From: Candidatus Latescibacterota bacterium
GTDB taxonomy: Bacteria; Latescibacterota; UBA2968; UBA8231
Assembly (NCBI GenBank): GCA_965197905.1
Contig: CBDAOB010000004.1
Span: forward strand, 512,001 to 576,000
Length of the DNA stretch: 64,000 bases
Direction of reading: 5' to 3'
Shown: piece after piece, positions 18,439-28,141 of the stretch
Layout: each line of letters starts with the position of its first letter
Position numbering within the stretch: position 1 is the first letter of the stretch
The notes under the pieces: model-generated
Databases searched by the model: none
Told to the model about the DNA's origin: nothing
Seen by the model: only the letters and a program-made list of their open reading frames with translations
Made by a program: the position numbers and the translations under genes

Positions 18439-21369
18439 ATGCGCGAGTCAATCCGGCAACTTGTCGCCGTTTCCGTGATCGGGATCCTGGCCTGGGTATC
18501 GGCGCTGGCGGCTCAGGAGCAGCCCACCTCGGGGGCCGCGAAGATCCACAGCTCGCGACCGTACCTGCGCTGGGACCGACCGCGATACCACAATTTCGCC
18601 TACCAGAACTTCAGTAACTACCCGGATCATACGGTGCCTTACGAAGACTCGCGGCGGACCTACTTCGGTCCCATGGGCGACTATCTGACCACGGGCTACG
18701 ATCTCTACAAGTGGGAGGAAGTGCGCACCCCGGGACAGCAGTACGGCAGCGGCATATTCAAACCCAACATCATGTATAACTTGCAATGGGAAAAGGTCTA
18801 CCACGCGGTAGCGGTCTTCCGGGACGGCTATCGTGACTGGGGTTTCAGTTTCATTGCGGGCGACCATCTGATCGCCCGCCTGTCGCCTCTGGTCCTGTCT
18901 ATGACCGACTTCAACGGTTTGCGCTTCGATCTGTCGACCCGCTATCTCAAAGCAACGGCATTGGCCTCGCGGATCGAGCGGCCCCACAGTTACCAGGAGT
19001 TGGCCAATTTTTGGGCCGTGGAGTACACGCACTTCGCCGACGACTCGACCCTGTTGCTGGGTGGGCGGTTGCAGGCAGATCTAGGGATCGGCACTCTGGG
19101 CTTCAACCTGGCCAACTCCCACGTGTACCAGAGCACGCGGTCGGGGAACAGTCTCCAGGGGCGCCTGCGCCCGGACCAGCCGCTGATGGACTGGGTGGTC
19201 GTGCGTTTTTCGGACGACTCGCCCAGGGATGGGATTGCCGGAGCTCACATTCAGGATGTGAGACTCATCGTCAACGGCTCGTCGCGCCCCGATATCGTGC
19301 CTCTGGTGGTGAGCAATCCGGCCGGAACACGGCCTCAGGTGGGCACGATTTCGTCGGCGACAGGCGACTTTCGCAACACGGACTACACTCGCTTTCAAGG
19401 GCATCGGCTCTATTACCGGGGGCGGGACGACCTACCTCTATATTCCGACTACTTCGTGCGCCGGGACCACGAGAAGGGCGAGGACGTCAGTTCGATCTCA
19501 AACCTCAAGGGTTTGCTGTCTAGCTTCCAGGTCGAATCGCCGAGCGGATCGCTGGCCGCCGACGGCGACAAGGAGATCGCCTTTCTCTACGATTTGTCGG
19601 AAGAGCCAGTGGTGGAGTCGGTGGAGATCGAGGTCTTGCTGGGCAACGACTACCGGGCAGACGTGGCCACCCTCTACGAGGTGAATCCGAGAGGCAAGAC
19701 TTATCATTCGCAGTATTCCGCGACTTTCTACGAAACCGCGGTTCGCGCTCGTGACAACGTACAGGATATGACCAACCTGAAGCGCGTGTCTTTTCATGTG
19801 GGCGAAGATACGGGCATCTTTACCTACAGCGCCGATCTCGACCTGACGTTGCCCGGTCTGGAAATCAATGGCGAGTACGCGCGCTCGGCGCTGTATGCGC
19901 GCTATCCGGCGCACATGCAGGGTGCCGCGGAATTCGACGCGAGCCCGCGCTTTGCCCAGAAGGATGACGCCTTCTACCTCAACGCGACGCACTGGTTTGA
20001 ACACGGCCGCCTCGGTGCGGAGGCGTTCTCCATCAATCCCGAATTCACCACCACATTCCGGAGCTACCTGGTCAAGCAGAACTTTCGACACACCCATCTC
20101 ATGGGCTTGTTGAACGAGACGATCTATTGGGATTTGGTGGAGGACAACGACGACGGTGATCGTTTTCCCGATCGACGCTACGGCAACCTCGTAGGTTTCC
20201 ACAACGACGACAAGTCCTGGGACCTAGACGGCGTGTTTCTCAACCAGGACGAAGACAACGACGGGTTCTCGGACGTCAATCGGGATGGCGATATCCTTCC
20301 CGACTACGAAGAGCCGTTTCTGATGTACGACGTGGAGCCCAATGCCTATGTCTATGGTCTCGATCGCAACAACAACGACGAACCGGATATCCGCGAAGAC
20401 GACGGCCAGGTGGACTATCCCTACGATCCCGATCAGCGGGGCTACCACCTTTTTGCCCAGTACGATCTGACGCCAAGACTCTCGTTCGGCGCGGGCCACT
20501 ACTCGGTAAACGAGATTGCCGGACCCGGCCGCAATCGCACCTCCTACGTTTTGCTGACCCTGGACATCCGCGGCGTGGGCGGCCGCCGCCTGTTCTTCGC
20601 CGAGAACAACCTCCGTCGGGTGCAGGACGATATCGCCGACGAGTATCGGGTGCTGGACGACACGCCCATACGCGAATGGGTCTTTGGCTTCCGCGGTGTG
20701 AACCCGTTGCCGGAAGCCCGTGAGTATCAACCTTTTTACACCAGTGAGTTTGTGGCGGACGTGCTGCACTATGAGGACAGTTACGTCAACGAGTCCTACG
20801 CGGATTTGAACATCAGGCCGTGGTCCACCCTGAAGCTGCGCCAGAAACTGCGGGCGCGGTTCAACTGGCAGCGGGGCGGCTGGCTCTACAACGACACCTT
20901 TCAAGTGAAGCGCCGGCTGGACCTCTACGCTTGGGTCAGTAGGCTGGAGTTTACCAAACGCTGGGGAAGGCTCAGCCTCATCCCCCAATACAAGCTCATG
21001 CTGCTGCGTTTGGTGGACCGCGAGCGCGACGTGGATCTGATCTCCGAGTATCGCTCCATTCCTATCCTGCGGCTGGAGTATCAGCTGCTTGAACGCACCT
21101 CGGCGCGGGCGGGTGTGCAGGGCTTCGGCCCGATTCCGTACCTCCGTCGGGACGGCACAGCCAGCCGCCAAAGCTTCGAACAACGCACCGCGTTCCTAAC
21201 CATAACCAATCGCGCCGACTACTTCGGCTACGAGCTGGTCACGATCATCGGCGTCCACAAAGACCAACGGGATTTCGACACCAATTTTCAGGACGTGCGC
21301 GATTTCGACAGCATGTCCTTGTTTGTGCGCGCGCTGGTTGGATTCACCGAATACGGTCGGCCTATCTAG
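18439..21369 (+). CDS. large probable outer-membrane protein with Ca-binding-like loops (paralog 2 of 4)
   Basis: ATG 18439 with RBS GAGG gives signal MRESIRQLVAVSVIGILAWVSALAA-Q; EDNDDGDRFPD, DRNNNDEPD; ends GFTEYGRPI. Confidence 0.75.
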   Translation: MRESIRQLVAVSVIGILAWVSALAAQEQPTSGAAKIHSSRPYLRWDRPRYHNFAYQNFSNYPDHTVPYEDSRRTYFGPMGDYLTTGYDLYKWEEVRTPGQQYGSGIFKPNIMYNLQWEKVYHAVAVFRDGYRDWGFSFIAGDHLIARLSPLVLSMTDFNGLRFDLSTRYLKATALASRIERPHSYQELANFWAVEYTHFADDSTLLLGGRLQADLGIGTLGFNLANSHVYQSTRSGNSLQGRLRPDQPLMDWVVVRFSDDSPRDGIAGAHIQDVRLIVNGSSRPDIVPLVVSNPAGTRPQVGTISSATGDFRNTDYTRFQGHRLYYRGRDDLPLYSDYFVRRDHEKGEDVSSISNLKGLLSSFQVESPSGSLAADGDKEIAFLYDLSEEPVVESVEIEVLLGNDYRADVATLYEVNPRGKTYHSQYSATFYETAVRARDNVQDMTNLKRVSFHVGEDTGIFTYSADLDLTLPGLEINGEYARSALYARYPAHMQGAAEFDASPRFAQKDDAFYLNATHWFEHGRLGAEAFSINPEFTTTFRSYLVKQNFRHTHLMGLLNETIYWDLVEDNDDGDRFPDRRYGNLVGFHNDDKSWDLDGVFLNQDEDNDGFSDVNRDGDILPDYEEPFLMYDVEPNAYVYGLDRNNNDEPDIREDDGQVDYPYDPDQRGYHLFAQYDLTPRLSFGAGHYSVNEIAGPGRNRTSYVLLTLDIRGVGGRRLFFAENNLRRVQDDIADEYRVLDDTPIREWVFGFRGVNPLPEAREYQPFYTSEFVADVLHYEDSYVNESYADLNIRPWSTLKLRQKLRARFNWQRGGWLYNDTFQVKRRLDLYAWVSRLEFTKRWGRLSLIPQYKLMLLRLVDRERDVDLISEYRSIPILRLEYQLLERTSARAGVQGFGPIPYLRRDGTASRQSFEQRTAFLTITNRADYFGYELVTIIGVHKDQRDFDTNFQDVRDFDSMSLFVRALVGFTEYGRPI

Positions 21370-21549
21370 TCAGTGGACCGGTGGGCCCTTGGTCCGCATC
21401 CAGTCGCGCTATTTGCTTTGGTGCCGGTCGGCTGATTATATTAGTGGCCGGATGTACGAAGAAAATTCTGCGACCCGGTCGCAGATTAACAACCGCAACG
21501 ACGTCGGGCTGCAGCAAGAAACCGGCGCATACCGAAAGGAGGTGGTCCA

Positions 21550-21588
21550 TTGAGTAGTACATCAACCACAGGGAGGTGGATCACCTGA
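21550..21588 (+). CDS. candidate 12-aa small ORF MSSTSTTGRWIT
   Basis: perfect SD AAGGAGGTG 5 nt before TTG; flanked by palindromes and a promoter-like TTGCTT-N18-TATATT (21413..21442). Confidence 0.35.
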   Translation: MSSTSTTGRWIT

Positions 21589-21752
21589 TAGCAGCCGGGT
21601 GGTTAACCACCTGGACTGGTGGACGTGAATCCCGAGTAGGGATTTTCGTCTATTGGTTTTAGCCGGGCGTGCCCCAGTGGCACGTCCGGCTTCTGTGTTC
21701 TAATGTCACGGGGAGTGAAGGCAGCTCCGATCGTCAGGTCGGTGCCCGGCGC

Positions 21753-22169
21753 TTACCTACCTTCGAAATCGACCCCCGCCGCTTCGAGCACTTCCGGGGT
21801 GATGAAGATCGGTGCGTTCCCCCGTTTGGCCATTACCATACCGTCGCTGGGACGACAGTCGATCAACAGCGGTTGTGCTCCATGCTCGATACTGAGATAG
21901 GCGAAAAAGGTGTTTTCGCGCAGCGTGTGGATCACCAGCTGGCGCACCGCTGCGTTTCTCTTCCCCATAACCGATTCCATGATGTCGTAGGCTCCCGAAT
22001 GCTCGGGTTGCTTGCCTTGTATCGCCAGGTGCAGCGAGTGTGCCTCGGAGGCTCCAATAAGGATCGGAACTACGCGCGGCTCTGGCCCTTTGAGGAACAC
22101 CGCGACTACTTCCACATGGGGTTGAAGCTCGATGATGTTGACAGATATGAGGTGGTTGCCGGCGGTCAT
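21753..22169 (-). CDS. bifunctional nuclease family protein (DUF151)
   Basis: VPILIGASEAHSL, FFAYL, IDCRPSDG, APIFITPEVL. Confidence 0.85.
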   Translation of the reverse strand: MTAGNHLISVNIIELQPHVEVVAVFLKGPEPRVVPILIGASEAHSLHLAIQGKQPEHSGAYDIMESVMGKRNAAVRQLVIHTLRENTFFAYLSIEHGAQPLLIDCRPSDGMVMAKRGNAPIFITPEVLEAAGVDFEGR

Positions 22170-22187
22170 GGTGTAGCAACAAACAAC

Positions 22188-22220
22188 TGGCGCACCCAGA
22201 AGGACTCGAACCCTCAACCT
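22188..22220 (-). mobile_element. orphan 3' fragment of tRNA-Arg (att-like site)
   Basis: reverse complement AGGTTGAGGGTTCGAGTCCTTCTGGGTGCGCCA; 5' half absent; similar to the 3' end of the tRNA at 32982..33058. Confidence 0.8.
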
Positions 22221-22499
22221 AATGGTCGCTGGCTCAGGTGCGCAAGCTGATGGGCGTGAAGGTGCAGACCAAATATAGCTGAGTAAAAGGTGAATGTAGC
22301 TGGTTGAGTAACTGCCATTCGGGATGCTGGACGCCAAATCCAGTATTGCGGACAATCCCAGTGGCAATTCCTCGCCGTTAAAACCCCGGTTCATTCTCCG
22401 TAACTAGCTTTTCCCCAATCATTTAGCGTCTATCCCTGGACGCTTTTTCATTGTTGGCCCCCTCTTTGCATGGTATTATTCAGATCCAGGAATCCTGTT

Positions 22500-22950
22500 A
22501 TGAATTTGCCGTTGGCTGTGGTGGGGTTGCTTACTTCGGGGATTGTCGGCTGTCACGATGCTCCCCAGAAGAACCCGTTTGATCCGGCGTCCGGCGGCAT
22601 CAAGACCTGGAGGGCGACTTCGTCATCGAAAGCCAAGAAGATCTCGATGCCCTGATCGAGCAAGGCGGACGCGCCTTTGAGATCGCTGGCTCGCTGATCA
22701 TGGAAGAGCCGTCGTTCACAACCTTGGAGGGTTTGAAGAATCTGACCCGTGTCGGCGGGGACCTGATTATCGGCATCGGCCGGTACACGGGCTTCATTCA
22801 CTTTGATGTCACCGTTGATGCCGACTTCCTCACGAGTCTGCGCGGCCTGGATAACCTGACTGAGGTAGGAGGCTCGCTGTGGATCATCGGGCACAGCGGA
22901 CTGACAAGTCTGGACGGGTTGCAGAACCTGCGCCAGATCGGCGGGCACCC
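22500..22950 (+). pseudogene. degraded lipoprotein with receptor-L-domain-type leucine-rich repeats
   Basis: lipobox IVGC-HDAPQKNPFDP; repeats TLEGLKNLTRVGGDL / SLRGLDNLTEVGGSL / SLDGLQNLRQIGG in another frame. Confidence 0.6.
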
Positions 22951-23270
22951 CGGCGTCACGCTGAGTTCCGCAGTTACCTCGAAGGCATGGGGCTGCCGTC
23001 ACGGGCGCAGAATTCGATTACGTGAGCTGACCATCGTCAGGTGTCCGGCAGGCGAAGTATGCCCCCGGTGCTGCTCAAGGACGGCAGGAACGGTCGCCGC
23101 TGCGCAGACCCTTCGTCCTTGGACTGATCACCAACTACAAATCCACTCACTTGGTCAAAAGTCCGCAGCCCGGTGCTGTCGATCTCCTTGCTCGAACTAC
23201 CGATAATGTCTATCTGTGCTAGTCGTTCCGCTTTCCTCCCACACCTTTCACTAAATGGCGAGACGAGTTC

Positions 23271-24851
23271 ATGAGCGAGCAATCTCCTTTCACCGAACCG
23301 CAAAAGAGACCTCCCCGAATTCGACGCAACTGCGGCGCCTGGAATCCACTCGTCGACCTTACCGACATTTTTGCCGGAAATCGCAGCATCGATCAAAAGG
23401 GGGTGTTCGACCTCTTCGATGCCCCCGTTGGCGTAGCACTGCGGGTCGAGCCGGCCGAACGGTCGGAACCGCTGATAGAAGCGGCGACACCATGGGAGAT
23501 CGGGGACGCCATCGGCCCGCTATTCATCTGGAAGACAGAGGCCGGGTTCAACCTCCTGTACGGATCAAAGAATGGCACTTGTTATGCGACGAGTGACGAT
23601 GCCTACCAGTGGCAGCGGCCCGAGTTGGGCGAGGTTACCTTCAACGGCTCCACCGCCAACAACCTTCTCGGCCAGGGGATCTCCGGATCTACCGCCGTCT
23701 TCATCGACGCCCATGCTCCTCCAGAAGAACGCTTCAAAGCCATGGGCGGCGACATGGCGTGGTACGATCCGACCACATGCCAATCGCTGGATGACGAGGA
23801 AGCGAAGAAACGCTATGATGCCGAGGGATATCAGGGGGATAGCTACGACGGCCCCCGGGCAGAGATCTGGGGACGAACGCTCGGTTGGACGTCGCCCGAC
23901 GGATTGCATTGGCAACCGCTGCCCAACGCCCTGGGTAATCGTCCGGTAAATGGCGGCATCTCCGCGCGCTACGACGAGGCCACAAAACAGTACATTTGCT
24001 ACCAGCAAATCATGGGGTATGAGGCCGAAGTCTTAAACGGGATCGGTACCGCGAGTATCGAGGAGGAAACCCACCGCCGGACCATCGCCTTTTCGTGCAC
24101 CCGGGACTTCCGCACCTGGCCGGCGCCCAAACTGATTTTGGCTCCGGATGCCCAGGACGATCTCGACATCGATTTCTACGGCGCCAACTACTTCCCCTAC
24201 CCCGAACGCACCGACCTCCATGCCATGATCGTTCCGATCTTTCACCGGGAGGCGGGCCACGTCGACAACCAGATCGCCTTCAGTCGCGACGGATTGTTTT
24301 GGACGCGCCCCGAGCGCCGCGCCATTCATACGGTGGGAGTTCCCGGCAGCGGCGAAGACTGCCAGGTGCACACCTGGCGCAACGGCCTGGTGGAGTTGCT
24401 CGACGGCCATTGGGCCATTGCCTACACGGGACACTCGGTGCTGCACAACGTACAGAAGGGGGACCGAGACCGGCTCTTCCCGCGCGGTCGCGCCATACAG
24501 ATCCGCTACGCGCTCTGGCGTCCGCACCGCTTGTGTGGAATCGAAGCGGCAGGCGAGGGACGGTTCACCATGCCATGCCTGTACCGACAGGGCGATCAGC
24601 TGCGGCTGAACTACCGCTGCGCCCCCGGCGGCTGGATCGCCGTCGAGCTGCTCCCCAAGACGCCCCACAGACTCCAGCCCGATCTCGAGCCTGTCGCTGG
24701 ATTCACTTTTGCCGACTGCGACCGCTTGATGGGCGACGAGTCCGACCGCGCCGTCACCTGGAAGGGAAAGAGCGATATCTCTTTCATCGGTGAAACAGTG
24801 GCTATTCGTCTGAAGATGTTTCAGGCGAAGCTTTTTGCTTACAAGGTGTAA
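23271..24851 (+). CDS. beta-propeller glycoside-hydrolase-like protein (paralog 1 of 3)
   Basis: YATSDDAYQWQRPELG, SPDGLHW, FSRDGLFWTRP Asp-box-like repeats; C-terminus IRLKMFQAKLFAY. Confidence 0.65.
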   Translation: MSEQSPFTEPQKRPPRIRRNCGAWNPLVDLTDIFAGNRSIDQKGVFDLFDAPVGVALRVEPAERSEPLIEAATPWEIGDAIGPLFIWKTEAGFNLLYGSKNGTCYATSDDAYQWQRPELGEVTFNGSTANNLLGQGISGSTAVFIDAHAPPEERFKAMGGDMAWYDPTTCQSLDDEEAKKRYDAEGYQGDSYDGPRAEIWGRTLGWTSPDGLHWQPLPNALGNRPVNGGISARYDEATKQYICYQQIMGYEAEVLNGIGTASIEEETHRRTIAFSCTRDFRTWPAPKLILAPDAQDDLDIDFYGANYFPYPERTDLHAMIVPIFHREAGHVDNQIAFSRDGLFWTRPERRAIHTVGVPGSGEDCQVHTWRNGLVELLDGHWAIAYTGHSVLHNVQKGDRDRLFPRGRAIQIRYALWRPHRLCGIEAAGEGRFTMPCLYRQGDQLRLNYRCAPGGWIAVELLPKTPHRLQPDLEPVAGFTFADCDRLMGDESDRAVTWKGKSDISFIGETVAIRLKMFQAKLFAYKV

Positions 24852-24929
24852 GTGGGGGCGGTAACAGACACTCCGCCTGGATCGTCCTGGCGGCCGAGTA
24901 CGGACCGTGTATTTGGTGTCCTGCGCCGC

Positions 24930-25005
24930 CGATCCCTCGGACCAGAACGAGTAGAGGCTCGCCTGGCGCAAGGTGAAACGCAGTTGCACTGCCTTCGCCT
25001 CATGC
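24930..25005 (-). pseudogene. extreme C-terminal fragment of another propeller-family gene
   Basis: AVQLRFTLRQASLYSFW matches the family C-terminus. Confidence 0.5.
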
Positions 25006-25302
25006 GGCGATATTCCCATCCTGCCAGACCACCTCGGCGCGGGGCTGTCCCCAAAAGCGGTGCAGACACAGGGTAATGGCGGAATATGCGGCGGCGGACG
25101 TGGATAATGGTCGCTGGTGCGGAAACTGATGGGCCATCTCGCCTGGGGTTCAATATCTCTAACTCAACTAATAACACTTAGGGATATTCGCTTTACGCCG
25201 CCGCGTGGAAAGGCGCTCGCGAGTCGCGTTGGGAAGGCCGTGGGCCCTGATCACGGATCTTGAGATCGGGTGCCCACGTACGGGTCCCTGCACCCAGGTA
25301 TC

Positions 25303-26127
25303 TCATGCAAGGTGGGGGATCTCAGCCACAAAGAGGCTCCCCGATCCGATGGTGCTGGTGACCTCCACGCCCCCACCCAAAAGCCTGCCAAACTCTCGAA
25401 CAATGGACAGGCCCAGACCAGTACCGCCATGGACGCGCGTGCTACTGGAGTCCGCCTGCGTAAAGGGCTCAAACACACGCTCGATCTGCTCGTCGGTCAT
25501 GCCCACTCCAGTGTCCGATACCAGGAAACGCAGCGACGGACCGCCATCGCCTTCGACTTGCTCGATGCGCAGTTCAATGTTCCCCTGTTCGGTAAACTTG
25601 CAAGCATTGGACAGAAGATTCAGCAGCAATTGGCGCAGCTTTGCGCAGTCAGTGCGAATTTGGGGCAGGTGGGACGCCCGAACAATCTCAAATGCATTGC
25701 TGTTGGCCTTGGCCAACTGCGTTGTGGTCGCCTCCACGCTCCTAAGCAGGACATCCAGATCAAGCGGCTGGCAGTCCAGCTCCATGTGGCCAGCTTCTAT
25801 CTTGGACAGGTCTAGCACTTGATTGATCAGAGACAGCAGGTCCTGCCCGGAATTCTTGATCTTGATCAGGTCCGCCGCCGCATCACTGAACTCACCCGCG
25901 TTGGCCTCCTCCTCCATCATTTCGGCGTAGCCAATGATGGCGTTCAGGGGCGTGCGCAGCTCATGACTCATGGTGTTCAAGAACTCCGATTTTGCCTGGG
26001 TTGCCTTCAGCAGACCCTGATTTGCCAGAAAGAGCGCACGCGTTTTCTCCTCGGCGATTTTCTCTGCGGCCTTGCGAGCCTGGACCTCTCTCTTGAGACG
26101 TCGTTTGAGCAACTCGATGGAATCCAT
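25303..26127 (-). CDS. cytoplasmic histidine kinase (HisKA + HATPase) coupled to H-NOX
   Basis: SHELRTPLNAIIG, NLLSNACKFT, DTGVGM, FEPFTQAD, GGTGLGL. Confidence 0.9.
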   Translation of the reverse strand: MDSIELLKRRLKREVQARKAAEKIAEEKTRALFLANQGLLKATQAKSEFLNTMSHELRTPLNAIIGYAEMMEEEANAGEFSDAAADLIKIKNSGQDLLSLINQVLDLSKIEAGHMELDCQPLDLDVLLRSVEATTTQLAKANSNAFEIVRASHLPQIRTDCAKLRQLLLNLLSNACKFTEQGNIELRIEQVEGDGGPSLRFLVSDTGVGMTDEQIERVFEPFTQADSSSTRVHGGTGLGLSIVREFGRLLGGGVEVTSTIGSGSLFVAEIPHLA

Positions 26128-26132
26128 TGGAA

Positions 26133-26684
26133 TCAGCCGGCACCGCTTCGACGGAGGCTGAAACGAACTTCCGACCGGTGGCCATCTGACAGTTCCTCCT
26201 CTTGGACGATCATCGGCTCGGAGAAATGTGCAAGGCAGCCCTGAATCAAACCGGCCGCAAGGTCGCCCAGACAGCGAGGAGACTTGTAGACAAGCTCCAG
26301 CCGCTCGTCGCCTGTCCGGGTCACGGCGAACCTGGGCAACTCCGCGTCCGGGTAGAGCTTCTTGACCTCCACATGAATCTTGGCATCAATTCCTTCAAGG
26401 AAGTCGAAAGCCGAAGTGACACCCACAAAGAAGCTCGGGTAGGCGCTCGCAAAGCGACCGAAAAGGTGCTCTCCAAAGGCACGAACCAAAGCGGGCGCTG
26501 GAGTCCCCGTTTCTTGGGCCAGGGCCGCAACCAGGTTTGTCATTTCCTTGGCATCGTAAGTGCCGATGGCAGTGTAGGCACCACCTGACGGAAGGTCGCA
26601 GCGGTCAATCAGAGTCTCGGTAAGCTCGGGAGAAAAGTGGCTGTCCACCATTTCCATAAATTCCGTGAACACAACGCCCTTCAT
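26133..26684 (-). CDS. heme NO-binding (H-NOX) domain protein
   Basis: MKGVVFTEF start, proximal His in IHVEVKKLYPDAELPRF, YKSPR (YxSxR). Confidence 0.9.
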   Translation of the reverse strand: MKGVVFTEFMEMVDSHFSPELTETLIDRCDLPSGGAYTAIGTYDAKEMTNLVAALAQETGTPAPALVRAFGEHLFGRFASAYPSFFVGVTSAFDFLEGIDAKIHVEVKKLYPDAELPRFAVTRTGDERLELVYKSPRCLGDLAAGLIQGCLAHFSEPMIVQEEELSDGHRSEVRFSLRRSGAG

Positions 26685-26868
26685 TCGTCACTCCTTTCGT
26701 TGACCGGCCAGTTCGAGGAACCGCACTACACCACGATTCCGCCTGACCCAAAGTAATCAAGCGCACCTTGACGCGCCAAAAGCTGCAGTCTCGGAACAGA
26801 TACAATCCCTCGTGAGGGAGTCAACGTATTACACGAGGTGGAATAGGCCCATTTCTGTAGTCCATGTC

Positions 26869-27240
26869 GGCGTTGTTGCATGGCTCGCCACAGGTGCATT
26901 TTCCCGTTTGGTCACTCGCGTCACGCCACAATCTTCACTGATTCGGGCATGCCAAGTGCCGTCATCCGATTGATGACATTGACGGCGATCAACGCCTCCC
27001 GCTTCTGGGACTCGCGATGCTGGGCTCGGAGACGATCTGCGATAATGCGTTTGTATCGGTACATCCCGTTCCCGGCGCGAGCCTGGTAGTGAGCGCCCGA
27101 CTCCTTGCGTCATTGTCGTCGACCGACTTCGCCAATCCTCTCGATCGCGTCGTCGGTTGGCACCGAAGTCCCTTGGCTCGCGAATCCGCGGTGGCCGTCT
27201 TTTTCGGCGGGATCACGATCTTGATGTTGGCACCTGTTCC
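26869..27240 (-). mobile_element. IS5-family (IS903-like) transposase remnant with one terminal inverted repeat
   Basis: IVIPPKKTA...MYRYKRIIADRLRA...INRMTALGMPES with frameshift and stop; end GGCGTTGTTGCAT at 26869. Confidence 0.75.
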
Positions 27241-28110
27241 TCTATGAAGAACCGAGAGAACTGACAAAAGGGTCTTCTGTCGGTTTTGTCGGTGCTTTCT
27301 TATAGGTATCTACGAATTTTTCAAGCTGGTTCATCCACTTACCCCGCAATTTCGGCCACCAGCAGGTCGATCTACTGAACTTCATCAATGGTGATTGCAA
27401 TCGGGGTGACAGACTCGTCCGTGCTCCGTGCGACCAACTGCCTCAAAGTGGACAGGCCTGGCTTCACAAAGCACTGTCATACGAGATGTTAGGCGAAAAC
27501 GAAAACTCACTGAAGGCTGCGAGAGGTCGCTTCAACTCGAGCCCGGTAAGCCGACTGCGATCGAGCTTAGAGAAACCATGTTGATGGCGCTAGGCTATAT
27601 CCTCTACTTCGTGCAGCTGTTCGGGGGTATGGGCGTACCAGATCAATATCGCTGAACAGCAGGTGAACGTGGCTGAATAAGTTTCAGCTTCTTTTCGGTC
27701 CAACCTTCAGTGCACCCTCCTCCAGGTAGGACGTACAAGTGCCAGGGACTCCTTGGTGCACCCTCGGAATCTTCGTACTATACCGGCACAGACGATGACG
27801 GAAGATTTCATCTGGATTGCTCACATCTAGTTGATGCCCCACTGTGCCATATAACCCTTTCTGGAACACAGAAGAAAAGACTTCGATTAGATAAAGCGTG
27901 TCAGTAACGAATTGAAAGCGAAAATTGACGACCTACCTTGGGCACTCATGAACTAGAAGCCACCAAGGTCTTCGTGCCGATAGAAACGATGGATCGGAGT
28001 ACTACAAGATTTTATGAGCGGTGTATTAACAAACAAGCGATCCATCACTCTCCAAGGACGACGGATAAGGGCACCGCGCAATTAGACTATATGACGCGTT
28101 GATGAACTGA

Positions 28111-28139
28111 TTGACAAAGCACTGATACGTTTCTCTAAT
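28111..28139 (+). promoter_or_regulatory. candidate sigma-70 promoter
   Basis: TTGACA-N17-TCTAAT upstream of paralog 3. Confidence 0.35.
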
Positions 28140-28141
28140 CG

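Noticed and set aside
25040..25200. Possible further IS91-like end (GGGTTCAATATCTCTAACTC)
   Set aside because: Resemblance to oriIS is too weak and it does not clearly align with the other copies
27270..28100. Short ORFs in AT-richer DNA (also 47100..47600)
   Set aside because: No interpretable motifs; probably degraded foreign DNA
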